Origin: Priapulus caudatus
Lineage: Eukaryota
NCBI RefSeq assembly: GCF_000485595.1
Contig: NW_014577063.1
Span: forward strand, 1,065,555-1,129,554
DNA length: 64,000 bases
Reading direction: 5' to 3'
The translations under genes were made by a program, and so were the position numbers. Under the pieces are notes generated by a model. The model was not told the origin of the DNA. It did no database searches and worked only from the letters and a program-made list of their open reading frames with translations. Of this stretch, positions 1-14,448 are shown in pieces (position 1 is the stretch's first letter; each line of letters opens with the position of its first letter).

Positions 1-2034
1 TAATATATAAATAATAATAATCTATAGGGGAATAATAATAGGTGAATAATAATAATGAATAATAATAATCTAGCATTATTCACTCCTAGTTGTGTTATAT
101 ATTGTGATATCCTAACAATAACAGTAACGATGAATTCGTTTGTAATGATTAAAGAAGATAAAAGGCATAATTAAAGCAGTTATACAATATATTTTTATGA
201 CGGATGTCAGGCATACAAGGGAATGGATGATAAAAACAATCTGATTATCTATTAATTAATAATTAATAATAATCTAATTACCATCTATTAATTTGATTAA
301 CCATTTCACCCATCATCATGGTGAGTTTTACATGAAATCCGCAATCATTGTGAGACAGTACAATTTTAGCAAGACGTACAGTGCTGGAAAACCGAATAAT
401 AAACAGGTTCGTGAAAGCGGGTGCATATACTATTAATCGGAACAAAAAATTACAGCAGTTTTAATCATAGATTAACTAAACCCATTGACGAAATTGTTTC
501 TAGCAATTTATTTATTTCTACACGTCTCTCCTTTGCGCTAATGAAGAGCGGCGCTCTTTACGGTGCTGTAGTCACTCGAACCCTACTGTTCATTCACCTG
601 CTATTTCTGACGACTACTATTACAAGCGCTCGCGCGCTGAAGAGCAATTGGCTTACCCGTATAAAGAGGATAGTTTCGTCCGAGCACGCAATGTGGTAAT
701 TACCTATAGAGGGTTCCGCGACGGCACAGGATTGTGGGTAATATTGCTATTTTTAGTGCAAATCGCGGAACCCTATATACTCGCTCGCGTGCACGTTGCG
801 TGTGCAGCGTCGTGTCAGTCCCCCGTCTCTCCCGTCTAGGTGTCTCGTATCGCAGAGCCTACTGGCTTCTCTCTATATTGATTACGAGCTTGAGTGCGTA
901 ACCGTGAATGCAGCGACGCGACAGCGTTAAAAGGTCCCCCGTCGTATACTAGAGGCATTCAGTACGGCCAGCCGCGGCCAGCAATGAATAAGAACAGGTG
1001 GATGGAACAATGAGAGCAACAGCGTATAACACCTTATTTGCATAGTTAGTCGCTCGCGCGTAGGCGATGCAAATTGCGCAGCTGCATAAGCGTTTGTTCG
1101 TATTGCCGGCCGCAACCGCATTATAATTGCCAAGTTTCCTAATTATCGCTGAGCTAACAATGGCTACTACGAAACGTATATTTGGATCAACGGATTGTGC
1201 CCTAACGGGTTAATAGAAATGTTTTCACGTAATTTGATCATAATCACCTGTTAATTGCATTAATTTAATGGGCTTTTGCTTTTCTTAACTTTCAATCGGT
1301 AGTTATACATTGCAATTTTATCTTGTTATATAGCCAGGTATTTATATATATATATATAACTGCGGGAATATATATGCTGTGGCTTATATATTATATATAT
1401 ATTGATATATAAATATATATAGCCACAGGATATATTATTCCGCATTATATTATATATTACGTTATATATATATTATATATTATTATGCCGGACTTTCTCG
1501 GACGAAATTGACTAGAGCTGTGGTAATAAAAATCGATCAACAAAATCAAATTATAATTATATATGATACTTTGTTAACCAAGTGTAACTTAGTAAGTAAC
1601 TAAGGTTAACTATAGTTAGTAACTAAAGTTAACTATATATATTATAATAGTGTAATGTCCCTGCAAGGTTTACCGATCGGCTATCAGGCCGATTACAACC
1701 ATGCTTGGCGTCTACCCTGTCTGGTTTTTAGCTAACGAGATTTTAATTTACGATTACCGGAATCCCTACTCAAACGTTAGCTGTCTTGGACAGAGGGACG
1801 TATGGGTTGCTAGTTCCACCTCTACGTTAACTCCTCCGGGACGCTAGGGATGGACTCCTACGCAGGGACTCTATGCGCAGACGATTGATGAATGCACATA
1901 GAAAAGATTAGTCCTGTATTTTTTATTTTTCCGCAGGAGCTCCCCTCGTCTCCGTTCTCCCTGAGACGACCGAATACCTTGCTGTGTGTTGCGGCGAAAA
2001 GTCCCGCAGTATTCAGTAATTAGTTCAGCCCCAG

Positions 2035-2560
2035 CTCGAGCAGCAGCGCGCAGTAGCGCAGAAGCAGCAGTAGCAGGTAGCAGCAGGTTAGCAGCGTAGA
2101 GCAGTAGCAGCAGTGCAGCAGTAGCGGTAGCAGCAGTGCAGCAGTAGCAGTCAGCACGGTTTGCAGAAAGCAGAGCAGGCCCGCAACGCCAGCAGTAGCC
2201 GCGCAGACAGCACAAAACTAACAACAACAGAGCGGACCACACACAGCGCCAGCAACCAAAGACAAAGCGCAGCGCGTAGCATCAGTAGGCATCAGCAGCG
2301 CGGTTATGGATAGCAGCTAACAGCGCAGCAGAAGCAGCTTTCACATCCACGTCATAGTCTTAGCTTCATGACGCAGCAGCAGCACGCCTTAGGCAGCTGT
2401 AGCAGCATCTTAACAACAACCCTCGACCACGTATGCTCAGCGACCTTTCTCTCACTTTCCCCTCACGACACCGCGCTAGCGCAGTAGCGCACCACCGCAG
2501 CGCAGCAGCTCAACAACAGCGCAGCAACTCGCAACAGCAGGCAGGCAGCAGCAGGCAGCA
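2035..2560. repeat. Degenerate (CAG/TAG/CAA)n trinucleotide tract
   Basis: agcagcagtagcag pattern. Confidence 0.75.
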
Positions 2561-5500
2561 GTTTGCCGCTAGGCATGGTAGGTTGCTGCGGCAACTGTAC
2601 GAAGCTATAGTTACTAGAAGCTAGGATTGACCAGATAGCTGGTAGACGTAGGGATTCGTTAGGGAAGGCCGATTCGCTCAGCTATGTGGTCTGTATCTTT
2701 CTCTTTGCCTCATCCATGTGGGAGATTATCCATAATTCACGTAGCAATCATTCTGTATGATCTCCTCATATTGCATTACTCGAAATTCAATAGATATTAG
2801 ATAGCCAAACTACGTCCGTTTCTTGAAGCAACTCACTACCGCAGTGATTCGCGCTTTGTTTTCATCGGCCGGCCGCCGCTCCTGGCCGGTTCACGGACGT
2901 ATTGCGGGGAGCTATCCACAGTGACCTCCTCTGGCGCTCACGACTATTGCGTTGGAGTATAGCGCTGTGGAGTGACGTCAATCCGCGCCACCTATCCATG
3001 CCCCCCCTCGCCCCCACTGAGGTGTTTACAAGCAGTTAGAAGGCGCATAGGCGCGCCTGATAAGCATCGAACAGAATTAATTAAAAATACTCCACATGTT
3101 ACTGCCGTTACACAAATACACTTTATTCATGATTAATAATAAATTCATGCTCTATGCTCTTTCTCGAACTTTGCAGCTCTATATGATGCGATTTCTACAT
3201 TGTGTCGAGATCCCGTTTATACCAAAAACTGCCGCCGGCGCATTGGCTACGCACTAGTGGAATGGCACATTACACAAAAAGACATTTTATTCTAATTCCT
3301 TTCTGCGTCCACGAGGCATCTTACTTGCGTGCATAATGCATATTGCACTCTAGTGCCGAATTCTGCGAAAAAAAATGCTAAAAAAGCGACATTTCTAGAG
3401 ACGACTAGTGCAAGGTGACAATGCGGGGCTTTCGGTTGTATGCCTCCTTATAGGTAGAAACACGGAAAACCAATTAGCAATCGCTCAGATCTTGCTTCGG
3501 GTACGTTTCGTTCCATAGTGCAACGACTGTGTAATCAATTTGACCAGTCTGATTACCCCAACAGCGGACACTGTATCCTAGTGGCGCCTGCAGTAGTGTT
3601 ACTTTGAGCACGCCACACAATACATTTACGACGCACCACCCACACACCACACACACACACAACCACACACACAACCAACCCCACCACACCCAATAACACA
3701 CACCAGCACACCACACCACACAACCCACACACCCACACACACACACAACACACACACCAACACACGCACGAACGGCCCTCCAACCTGAGAGGAGGAGAGC
3801 GAGCCGAGAAAGAAAAGCAAGAAAGAGAGAAGAGAGAGAGGAGCAGAAGATTAGAAAGATGAGAAAGGAGGAGGGGAGATTGTTGACATTTTACTGTCAC
3901 ATTCTTCATTTTGTCGATAACATTTCGCCATTTATTTCGCGTGATGATTGTTTGTGAAACGTATTTAGCCGTCTTTATTGGAACGTACGTTAATTTTTTA
4001 CTAGAAGGGTAGCTTCACGTTGCCGATGAACTGATACACGACAACGTTGATCCGAAGTCGTTTGAATGTCTCTTGGTACACAACACAGATCTCTCTTGAA
4101 ACTGATCCTCAACTGTTGTCTGCCTAGACGTCTCTATACATCCGATTACGCGGTGAACATTGAAGCAGACTTGATTAGCGCACAACATTACCCGTCAAAT
4201 GATCACAGCGACTAAGCAAGTTGCGTCAAAATCGTCTTGACTTACTTACATAGTTCAGTGTTTATAAGTTTGATTCAAGTCTATCAAGTGCCTAATGTTA
4301 TAAAAAGTGATTTACTATAGAAATATATATAGGTTAGAGATGTATAATGTGAGATTATCTTGCATCTTGATTGCGTTGCTTCAGATTTGCATTTCGGCAT
4401 TGCTTTCGATTCGAGAAAATTTACTAAGTGGTTGGGCGTTTTTTTGTTTCAATGAAAATAATTTGCACTACACAGAAAATTATCTTTTAGTGCTTCCCGT
4501 CAGGTGTTTTTCACGTTAGCTCTTAATCTTATCTCGGATTTTGCATTTGCATTTTGCAATTTGGCCGTTCGCACTTCGCATTCGCATTTCGATTTCGCAT
4601 TTCGCATTTGATTGGCGCATTCGCATTCGCATGAGGCTTTGGGCTTTCATAGTAGAGATGTACGGATCCTGCGGCAGTTTGAGACTTGTGAAGCCGTGGT
4701 ATTACAACAGTTAGAGACGAAGTAGACCAACGCTTGTTATGATGCAAGGCGATAGATTAAAGATGCTTTTGTTTGAGGACAGAATCAGATAGTTTAAGAC
4801 ATCGTAAGGGGGACGACTTTGAACACTTCTCAGAATTTCTGCTGAAATCGCTCTTAAATGACTCGGAGAGGGATGACCGGCTCAGAGGATTCGGACATCT
4901 CCCGTAAAGCAATTAGTGTGATTTGCCGTTTTACACTGCGGACGTTATTGCAGATTTCATGCTTGGTATACATTCAATCACATATAAATTTATAACACTT
5001 TACTTATTTTAACTTATATAAATATATGTAACATTTTTATACTTATTATTCTTATTATAAAATTTTAACATATTTAACTTATAAATATTATAAAATATTA
5101 TAACCATCTTATCAATATAGTATAAAATTTTATAACATATGTAACCATATTATAAACTATATAAACATATTTACATTTATAACTATGTATAACATATTAT
5201 AACATTTGTAAAATATTTAACTTATTATACATGATTATAAATTTAATATTTATAATATATTATAACATTTTTATAACATATTATAACAAATTATAACACA
5301 ACATAATAATCACAGTGCTCAACAACAATGGCGGCAACTGAAACCTGCATCAGTATAGCGATTATTACGCAGTGACTGCTCTATAAAATTGTCCATCTAG
5401 TAGCGAATATAATTCAATTAACCATAACGTGGTTCCGGGAGGGTGTATGTAATTTGTTACAATGGAAGATATCACGGTGAGACTGACTAGTCAAGAATCA

Positions 5501-6196
5501 GACAGCCCAGCAGCAGTGTGGCAGCGTTACCGTCATCACTGACGTGATCACTCTAGTATATAGAGGGGTCATCTCACTATCGGGGGCATCAAAACATGCA
5601 TTGCCGTGAGCTGTCGGTTGGTCGGAGAGGTTTCATCGTGTCTTTGTTTCGTAGATAACCATTTCTACTTGCCTATGTTATGCACCGTCTGACTGATAAA
5701 TAAGATACTGGACGTTTACTGTAAGAAAGACGGGGCCAAGTGGCACCCTAAAATGGTCACCTGAACCAAAATGACGCATAAGTGCAAACGGATCGAGGGT
5801 GTATTGGTTTAGAGACCGTATAACTTCGATCAATTACAACGACTCTATATCTGCATTCAATACAACACTATTACCATCGTTTCAATCATACGGGACGTGT
5901 CATTAATTTTTATATATTATATATATTATAATTAAATATCATGTTCATATGATAAAACAAGATATAACCTTTAAATATGTGCGAGGAATTCTCCGCCTTA
6001 GCGAAACTAGAAACATATACGACCATTTCACTCGTAAAAGTCCCCTTTTTATTATATCTCATATAATTCTCATATTTCGAAGAATATATATATATATGTG
6101 TGCGAAGAAAAATGATCGGCAGGTGCGAGATAAAAAAGTCATGTGGCCATTATTTGACCTGTAACGATCACCTATTTAATTTGCGCATGTTCATAT

Positions 6197-6320
6197 GCAA
6201 GCATGTTAGTACGCCCCTTACCTGCCTGCAAGCATGTTAGTACGCCCCTTACCTGCCTGCAAGCATGTTAGTACGCCCCTTACCTGCCTGCAAGCATGTT
6301 AGTACGCCCCTTACCTGCCT
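6197..6320. repeat. 31-bp minisatellite (gcaagcatgttagtacgccccttacctgcct) x4
   Basis: Four exact units visible. Confidence 0.9.
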
Positions 6321-7278
6321 CCTGACTAATAAACTATTTACGGGTTAGCGCAATTACCCAACCGTGCAATCCCCGCGCGTAATGAGTTATTCATTGCTTT
6401 TCTGTCTTTAATCAACAACAGTGGGGGATAGTAGGCATAACAGCGATTATATAATAACCATGAACATCAAATTTTGATTTCCAAATGGGATATAGCATAG
6501 TTACTAATTATATCGTAAAGATACATTCTAACGCTTTTCACAGTCTGACATTTAGTGTGAATGATGCAGGTAACGATAGCTCCAGGTGTATCTCGAATCT
6601 GCTGAATGCTTACTCCCAGCTCGGCGCTCCCAACTCAGGGTACGGCGTGGGTAGAGGGTGCATACAACAGTAAGCCTCCGCAAATTGTGCACTATTTGGT
6701 CTCTAGAAAAGGAATATTTTGGCATTTCTTTCGGTGAAATTCGGCACTAGAGTGTAATAATTTGCATTATGCACACATGTTAGATGCCTCGTGGACGTCT
6801 AGAAAGCATTAGAAGCAAAATTGGACTTATCGTGTAGTTGTGACATTCCGTCAAGTAGCCTAGCCATGGTGACCGGTTGGCCATTTTTGTTGAAATGTGC
6901 ACTATAAGCAATACTAGCAAGCATAATATTTATACGCGAGGGTAGGCTGGGCTGAATTGCAACGATGCTTTCCCGCTAATTGCATTTGTTATATGTCATC
7001 ATCTCGCGAGTCCTCCTCACCTGGGCTTCAGTGCGATCAGTTGGGAGGAGTGTGTTATATAACGCTATGTAATGAGTGCTGCGATATAAGTGGGCGCTGA
7101 ATCATTCCCGGCCCACCTGCCACGCTGATTCCGATCCGCGATGTGTGTGCAGCCGCACAGAAATGATTCGAGAGGGGCGCGCGGTATATATTGATCGAAT
7201 GTATTACTGAGATCACGGCATGACGTATTGTGTGTGGACCGCTGCATCTGATGCATTGAGGGACATATGAGATGCTAC

Positions 7279-7299
7279 GTCTGTGTTTGTCTGTCTGCA

Positions 7300-7362
<63 letters not shown>

Positions 7363-7433
7363 TCATCTATCTGCCCGTCTATCCGTTCGTCCGTCCGCCC
7401 GCCCATCCGTCTGTCTGTTCGTCCGTCCGCCCA

Positions 7434-7466
<33 letters not shown>

Positions 7467-7475
7467 GTGTGTGTT

Positions 7476-7527
<52 letters not shown>

Positions 7528-8143
7528 GGTCTATCTGTCTGTCGTTTTGTCTGCCTGTCTGTCCGTCCGTCCGTTCGCCCATCCATCCGTCCGTCTGTTC
7601 GTCCGTCCGCCCGTCCGTCTATCTGTCTGTCTGTCTGTCTGTGTGTCTGTCTGTCTGTCTGTCTGCCTGTCTGTTTGCCCGTCTGTCTATTTGTCTGCCT
7701 GTCTGTCCATCTGTCTGTTAGTCTGTTTTTCCGCCTGTCTGTCCGCCTGTCTGTCTGTCGCTCTTTCTGTCTGTCTGTTTATCTGTCTGTACGTCTTTCT
7801 GTCCATCCGTCCGTTCGTCCATCTGGCTGTTTGTGTGTCTGTGTGTCTGTGTGTCTGTCTGTCGGTTTGTTTGTCTGTCTGTTTGTTTGTCTGTCTGTCC
7901 GCCTCTCTGTCTGTCGGTCTGTTTGTCTATCTGTTTGTTTGTCTGTCTGTCTGTTTGTTTATCTGTCTGTTTGCATGTCTGTCTGTCTGTCCTTCTGTCC
8001 TTCTGTCTGTATGTATGTATGTCTGTCTGTCTGTCCTTCTGTCTGTCTATCTGTCCGTCTGTATGCGCGCGTGTGCGTGCGTGTGTTTATCTATGAAGGC
8101 CATGTCAAAATTATGTATTGTGCTGAGGTTGTGTGTGTGTTTG

Positions 8144-8201
<58 letters not shown>

Positions 8202-8213
8202 TGTTTGTGTGTG

Positions 8214-8266
<53 letters not shown>
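7279..8266. repeat. (TCTG)n/(TCCG)n followed by (GT)n; noisy counterpart at ~12515-14445
   Basis: Seen directly. Confidence 0.95.
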
Positions 8267-8276
8267 NNNNNNNNNN

Positions 8277-11200
8277 GAGAGAAAGAGAGAGAGAGACAGA
8301 AAGAAAGAAAGAGAGAAAGAGAGAGGGAGAGATTGTGTGACATTTACTGTCACATTTCTTCATTTTGTCGATAAAAATTTCGCATTTATTTCGCGTGATG
8401 ATTGTTTTGCTGGAAACGATTAGCATCGTTCTATGAGAACGTACGTTAATTTTTTACTAAAAGGGTCAGCTAATCACGTTGCCGATGCACCTGATACACG
8501 ACAACGTCTGATCCCAAAAGTCGTTTGACATGTCTCTTTGATACACCCAACACAGATCTCTCTTGAAAACTGATCCCAAATGTTGTCTGCTAGACGTCTC
8601 TGATACATCCGATACGCGGTGAAAACATGAAGCAGACTGATTAGCGCACAACATTACACGTTCAAAACTGATCACAGCGACTAAGCAAAGTTCGTCAAAA
8701 ATACGTCTTGAACTTGAATTACATAGTTCAAGTGTATATAAGTGTATTCAAGTCTATCAAGTAACATAATGTTATAAAAACACGTGAATTATATAGATAA
8801 TATAAATATAGGTTAGAGATGTATAATGTGAGATTGATCTTGACATTCTCTGATTGGTTGCTTCAGATTTCGCATTTCGCATTTCGCATTTCGCATTTCG
8901 CAGAAAATTGTACTAAGTGGTGGGCCAGTTTTTTGTTTCAATGAAATAATTTGCACTACACAGAAAAATTCATCTTTCTAGTGCTCCCGTCAGGTGTTTT
9001 CACGTTAGACCTCTTAATCTTCATCTCGGATTTTGCATTTCGCATTTTGCAATTCGCCGTTCGCACTTCGCATTTCGCATTTCGCATTTCGCATTTCGCA
9101 TTTCGCATTTCGCATGAGCCTTCTGGGCTTTCATAGTACGAGATGTACGGATCCGGCCAGTTTGAGACTTGTGAAAGGCGATCGTATACGAACAGTACTA
9201 GATACGAAAGTCAGCCAACCGCTGTATGATGCACAGATAGATATAAAATAGCTTTCGTTTGGGACAGAATCAGATAAGTTTAAGACATCTGTAGGGGACG
9301 ACTGAAACGTTCTCAGAATTCTGCTGAAATCGTCTTAAAAGACATCGGAGAGGGGATGACCGGCTCAGAGGATTTCAGGACATCTCCCTTAAAAGCAATG
9401 TAGTGTGAATTTGCCCCGTTTTACCTGCGGACGTTATGATAATTCATTCTCGTATACATTCCAATCACACATCACATAAAATTATAACACATTATAACAT
9501 ATTATAACATATTATAACATATATGATAACATATTATAACATATTATAACATATTATAACATATTATAACATATTATACATATTATAACATATGTATAAC
9601 ATATATATAAACATTATACAATATAATTATAACATTTTATTAACATATTAACCATAATTATAAACATATATAACATATTATAACATATTATAACATATTA
9701 TACATATTATAAGCATATTATTAACATATATATACATATTATAACATATTATAACATATTATAACATATTATAACATATATTACGACATATTATAACATT
9801 TATTATAACATATTATAATAAATTTATAACACAACATAATTAATCACATGGCTCAACACAAATGGCGGCACTGAAACCTTGACATCAGTCTATAGCGCAT
9901 TATTACGCCCAGTGACTGCTTCTTATAAATTGTCCATCTAGTAGCGAATATTAATTTTCAATTAACCATAACGTGTGAGGTTCCGCGGAGGCGTGTATGC
10001 TAATTTCTTTACAATGCGATAGATATCACGGGTCCATGAGACTGACTAGCTCAATAATCAGGACAGCCAGCAAGCCAGCTCTGGCCAGCGTATACCAGTC
10101 ATCACTGACGTGATCACTCTAGTATTATAGGGCGAGGCATCAAAACATCTACTATTCGGGCGAAGTCGGCGGCATCAAAAACATTACATTGCCCTGTGAG
10201 CTGTTCGGTTTGGTCGGAGAAGCTTTCAATTCGTGTCTTTTGTTTCTAGATAACCATTCATCTACTTGCCGTTATGTTATGCCACCGTCTGATCTGACTA
10301 AATAAGATACTGCGACTGCTTTACTGTAAGAATAGACGGCCATTAGTGGCCACCCTAAAATGCCGTCACCTGAACCAAAATGACGCATTGAAGTGCCAAA
10401 CGGATCGGTAGGGTGTATGGTTTAGAAGACCGTTATTAACTTCGATCAATTACAACGACTCTAATAATCTGCATTCCAATAGAACACTATTACCATCTGT
10501 TTTCAATCATACGGGACGTGTCACTAATTTTTATATATGTATATATATTATAAATTAAATATCATAGTTCATTATGATAAACAAGATAAACCTTTAAATA
10601 TGTGCGAGGAATCTCCGCCTTATGCGAAACTAGACAACATATACGACCATTTCACTCGTAAAAGTCCCCTTCTTTAATTATATCTCATATTAATTCTCAT
10701 ATTTCGACAGAATATATAATATATACTATAACCTCTTAATATGTTGTGCGTAAGAAAAATGATCGGCAGTCCGGCTGCGAGGATAAAAAAGTCATAGTGG
10801 CCATTATTTGACCTGTAACGATCACCTATTTAATTTGCTGCATGTTCATATGCAAGCATGTTAGTACGGCCCCCTTACCTGCCTTGCAAGCTGTTAGTAC
10901 CGCCCGCTTACCTGCTGCAGCATATCGTTTAGTTACGCCCCTTACCTGCTTGCAAGCCATGTTAGTACGTCCCTTACGCACTGCCTGCAAGCATGCTTAG
11001 TACGCCCCTTACCTGCTTGCAAGCTATGCTTAGTACGCCTTACCTGCCTTGCAAGCATGTTAGTATCTGCCCCTTACCTGCCTGCAAAGCATGTTAGTAC
11101 GCCCCTTACTGCCTGCCAAGCATGTTATGTACGCCCTTACCTGCCCCTGCAAGCCATGTTAGTACGCCCCTTTACCTGCGCTGCATAGCATGTTATGTAC

Positions 11201-12541
11201 TTCCCCCTTACCTGCCTGCAAGCATGTTAGTTACGCCCTTACCTGCCTGCAAGCATGTTATCATACGGGGGCCCTACCTGCTGCAAGCATGTTAGTACGC
11301 CCCTACCTGCCCATGCAAGCATGTTAGTGACGCCTACCTGCCTGCCAAGCATAGTTAGTACTGCCCCTTACCTGCCTGCAAGCATGTTTAGTACGCCCTT
11401 ACCTGCCCCTGCAAGCATGTTAGTACGCGCCCCTTACCTGCCTCTCATGACTAATAAACTATTACGGTGTTAGCGCAATTTACCCAAAACGTGCAATCCC
11501 CGCGCGTAATGAGTTATCATTGCCTTTTCTGTCTTTAATCACCAAGCAGGCAGTGAGCGCGGATAGTAGGCCATAACAAGCCCGCATTATTATAATAACC
11601 ATGGAACATCAAATTTTGATTTCCAAATGCGGATATGCCATAGTTACAGTAATTATATCGTACAAGATACATTCTAACGCTTTTCACACGTCTGACATTT
11701 TTAGTCGTGAATTGCATGCAAGCGTAACGTACGATAGCCTCCAGGTGTATCTCGAATTCTGTCTGAATGCTTACTCCCACTCGGCCGCTCCCAACTCAGG
11801 GTACGGCGTGGGTAGAGGCGCCTCGGCATACATCAGTAAGCCTTCCGCAAATTGTCGCACTTATTTGCGTCTCTAGAAAAGGAATATTTTGGCATTATCT
11901 TTTCGCTGTGAAATTCGGCCACTTAGAGTGGTAATAATTTGTATTATGCACACATGTATAGATGCCTCTGTGGACGTCTAGAAAGGCATTAGAAGTAAAA
12001 TTGGCGACTTTCGTGTAGTTGTCGACATTTCGTCAAGTAGCCTAAGCCATGTTGACCGGTGGCCATTTTTGTTGAAATGGTGCCACTATAAGCAATAAAT
12101 AGCAAGCCATCATATTATACGCGAGCGGTCAGGCTGTGCTTGAATTGCCAAACGATGCTTTCCGCGAATTGCATTTTTTATATGTACATCATCTCGCGAG
12201 TCCTCCTCACCGTGGACCTTCAGTGCGAATCAGTTGGAAGGCGATCGTGCGACTGTATAATACGCTACTGATAATGAGTGCCTGCCGCCCATATAAGTGG
12301 GCGCTGAATCATTCCCGGACCCCATCCTGCCACGCATGATTTCCGAATCCGCGATGTGATGTGCAGCGCACAGAAATGCATTCGTAGCAGCGGCGCGCAC
12401 GAGGTTATACTTTCAAATTGATCGAAATGTATTACCTTGAGATGCGCGCCCATGACGTTATTGTGTGTGGACCGCTTGCACTTGCCATGCATTGGAGGGA
12501 TCATATGAGATGCTAGCTCTGTGTTTGTCTGTCTGCTATGC

Positions 12542-12604
<63 letters not shown>

Positions 12605-12875
12605 GCTGCCTGTCTGTCTGTCTGTCTTCTGTCGTCGTCTGCTTCAATCTATTCTGCCCGTCATATCCGTTCGCTCCGTCTGCCGGCCCATCCGTCTGTC
12701 TGTTCGTCCGGTCCGCCCATCTGTCTGTCTGTCTGATCTAGTCTGCTCTGTCTGCTCTGTCTGTCTGTCTGTCTGTCTGTCCTCTGTCTGTCTGTTCACT
12801 ATCTGCCCGTCTTATCACGTTTCGCTCGCGTCCGCCGCCATCGTCATGTCTGTTCGTCCGTCGCCCATCTGTTCA

Positions 12876-12934
<59 letters not shown>

Positions 12935-14388
12935 TCATCTATCTGCCCCGTTTCTATCCGCTTCGTCGTCTGCCCGCCCATCCGTCTGTCTGTTTCGTCG
13001 TCCCGCCCATCTGTCTGTCTGTCTTGTCTGTCTGTTCTGATGTGTGTGTTTGTCCTGTCTGTCTGTCTGTCTGTCTGGTCTGTCTGCTCTGTCTGTCTGT
13101 CTGTTCTGTCTGTCTGTCTCGTGTTCTGCTCCGGTCTATCTGTCTGTCGTTTGTCTGCCTGTCTGTCCGTCCGTTCCGTATGCCCCATCCATCGTCGTCG
13201 TTCTGTTCGTCGTCCCGCCGCCCGTCTATCTGTACCGTCTGTCTTGTGTCTGCTCTGTCTGTGTCTGTCTGCCTGTCGTGTTTCCCGTCTGTTCTATTGT
13301 CTGCCTGTCTGTCCACTGTCTGTCAGTCTGTTTTTCCCTGTCTGTCCGCTGTCTGTCTGTCGCTCTTTTCTGTCTGTCTGTTTCACATCTCGTCTGTACG
13401 TACTTCTACTGTTCCCATTCGTCCGTTCGCTCATCTGCGCTGTTTGTGATGTCTGTGTGTCTGTGTGTCTGTCTGTCGGTTTGTTTCTCTGTCTGTTTGT
13501 TTGTCTGTCTGTCCGCTTCTGTACTGTCTGGTCTGCTTCGTGTCTATCTGCTTTGTTTGTCTGCTCTGTCTCGTTTGTTTATTCTTTCTGTTTGCATGTC
13601 TGTCTGTCTGTCCTTCTAGTCCTTCTCGCCTTTGTCTGTATGTATGCTATCGTCTGCTCATGTCTGTCCTTCTGTCCTCGTCTATCTGTCCAGTCTGTAT
13701 GCGCGGCGACTGTGCGTGGCGTTCGTGTTATCTATGAAGGTGCATACGTAAAATTATGTATTGTGCTGAGGTTGTGTGTGGTTGTGTTGTGTGCTGTGTG
13801 TTTGTGTGTTTGTGTTGCTGGTGGGTAGTGTGTGTGACTTGTGTGCTGTGTGTGTGTGATTTGTTGTGTGTGGCTGTGTTCGTGCAGTGCCGTGCGTGTG
13901 CCGCTGCGTCGCTGTTGGTACCGTGTGGGTATGATGTGTGTGTGTGGTCTGTGGTGTGGGTGTAAATGTGTACGTGTATGTGGTGTGTGTGTGTGCGGCC
14001 CTCTCGTGTGTTGTGTGTGATGGTGTGTTGTGTGCGTGTATGTGTGGTCGAGTATGTGATGTGGCGTGCTGTGTGTGTGTGTGCGTGCTGTGTGCCTGGG
14101 GTTGTCGTGTGTGTGTGTCGTATGTGTGTGTTGTGGTGTGCGTCCGTCGCGTGTTTGTGCGTGTGGTGTGTGTGCTTGGTGTGGTGTGGTGTTGTGTGTG
14201 CTGTGTCTCCGGTTGTGGATCGGTGGCGTGTGTGTGTGTGAGCCCGGCGTGGCGTGTGTGTGTGTGTGCGTGTGTGTGTGTGTGGTGTGCTGTGTGTGAT
14301 GTGTGTGCGACGAACCGGGTGAGGACCGTGTGCGTCGCTGGTGTGTGTGTGTGGTGTGCGTAGCGCTGTGGTGATGTATCGTGTGATG

Positions 14389-14445
<57 letters not shown>
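8277..14445. repeat. Segmental duplicate A, copy 2
   Basis: Direct repeat of 3790-8266, starting right after a 10-N gap. Arrays are longer and insertion-type noise increases rightwards. Confidence 0.9.
10851..11445. repeat. Same 31-bp minisatellite, roughly 18-19 noisy copies
   Basis: Tandem units with scattered indels and no spacers. Confidence 0.9.

Positions 14446-14448
<3 letters not shown>

Larger units (their letters stand above)
3790..8266. repeat. Segmental duplicate A, copy 1
   Basis: Same ordered unique sequence as 8277-14445, e.g. ...ctgtcacatt..ttcattttgtcgataa..., (tttcgca)n, (ttataacata)n, 31-bp repeat, (tctg)n, (gt)n. Confidence 0.9.

Noticed and set aside
7055..8426. Long ORFs of CLSV/DRQT/HT repeats, and likewise SIHP/WMDG (21488-23180, 29391-31363, 56729-57905), YLSI and poly-K/F ORFs
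   Set aside because: They are translations of stop-free tetra- and di-nucleotide microsatellites, open in several frames and on both strands.
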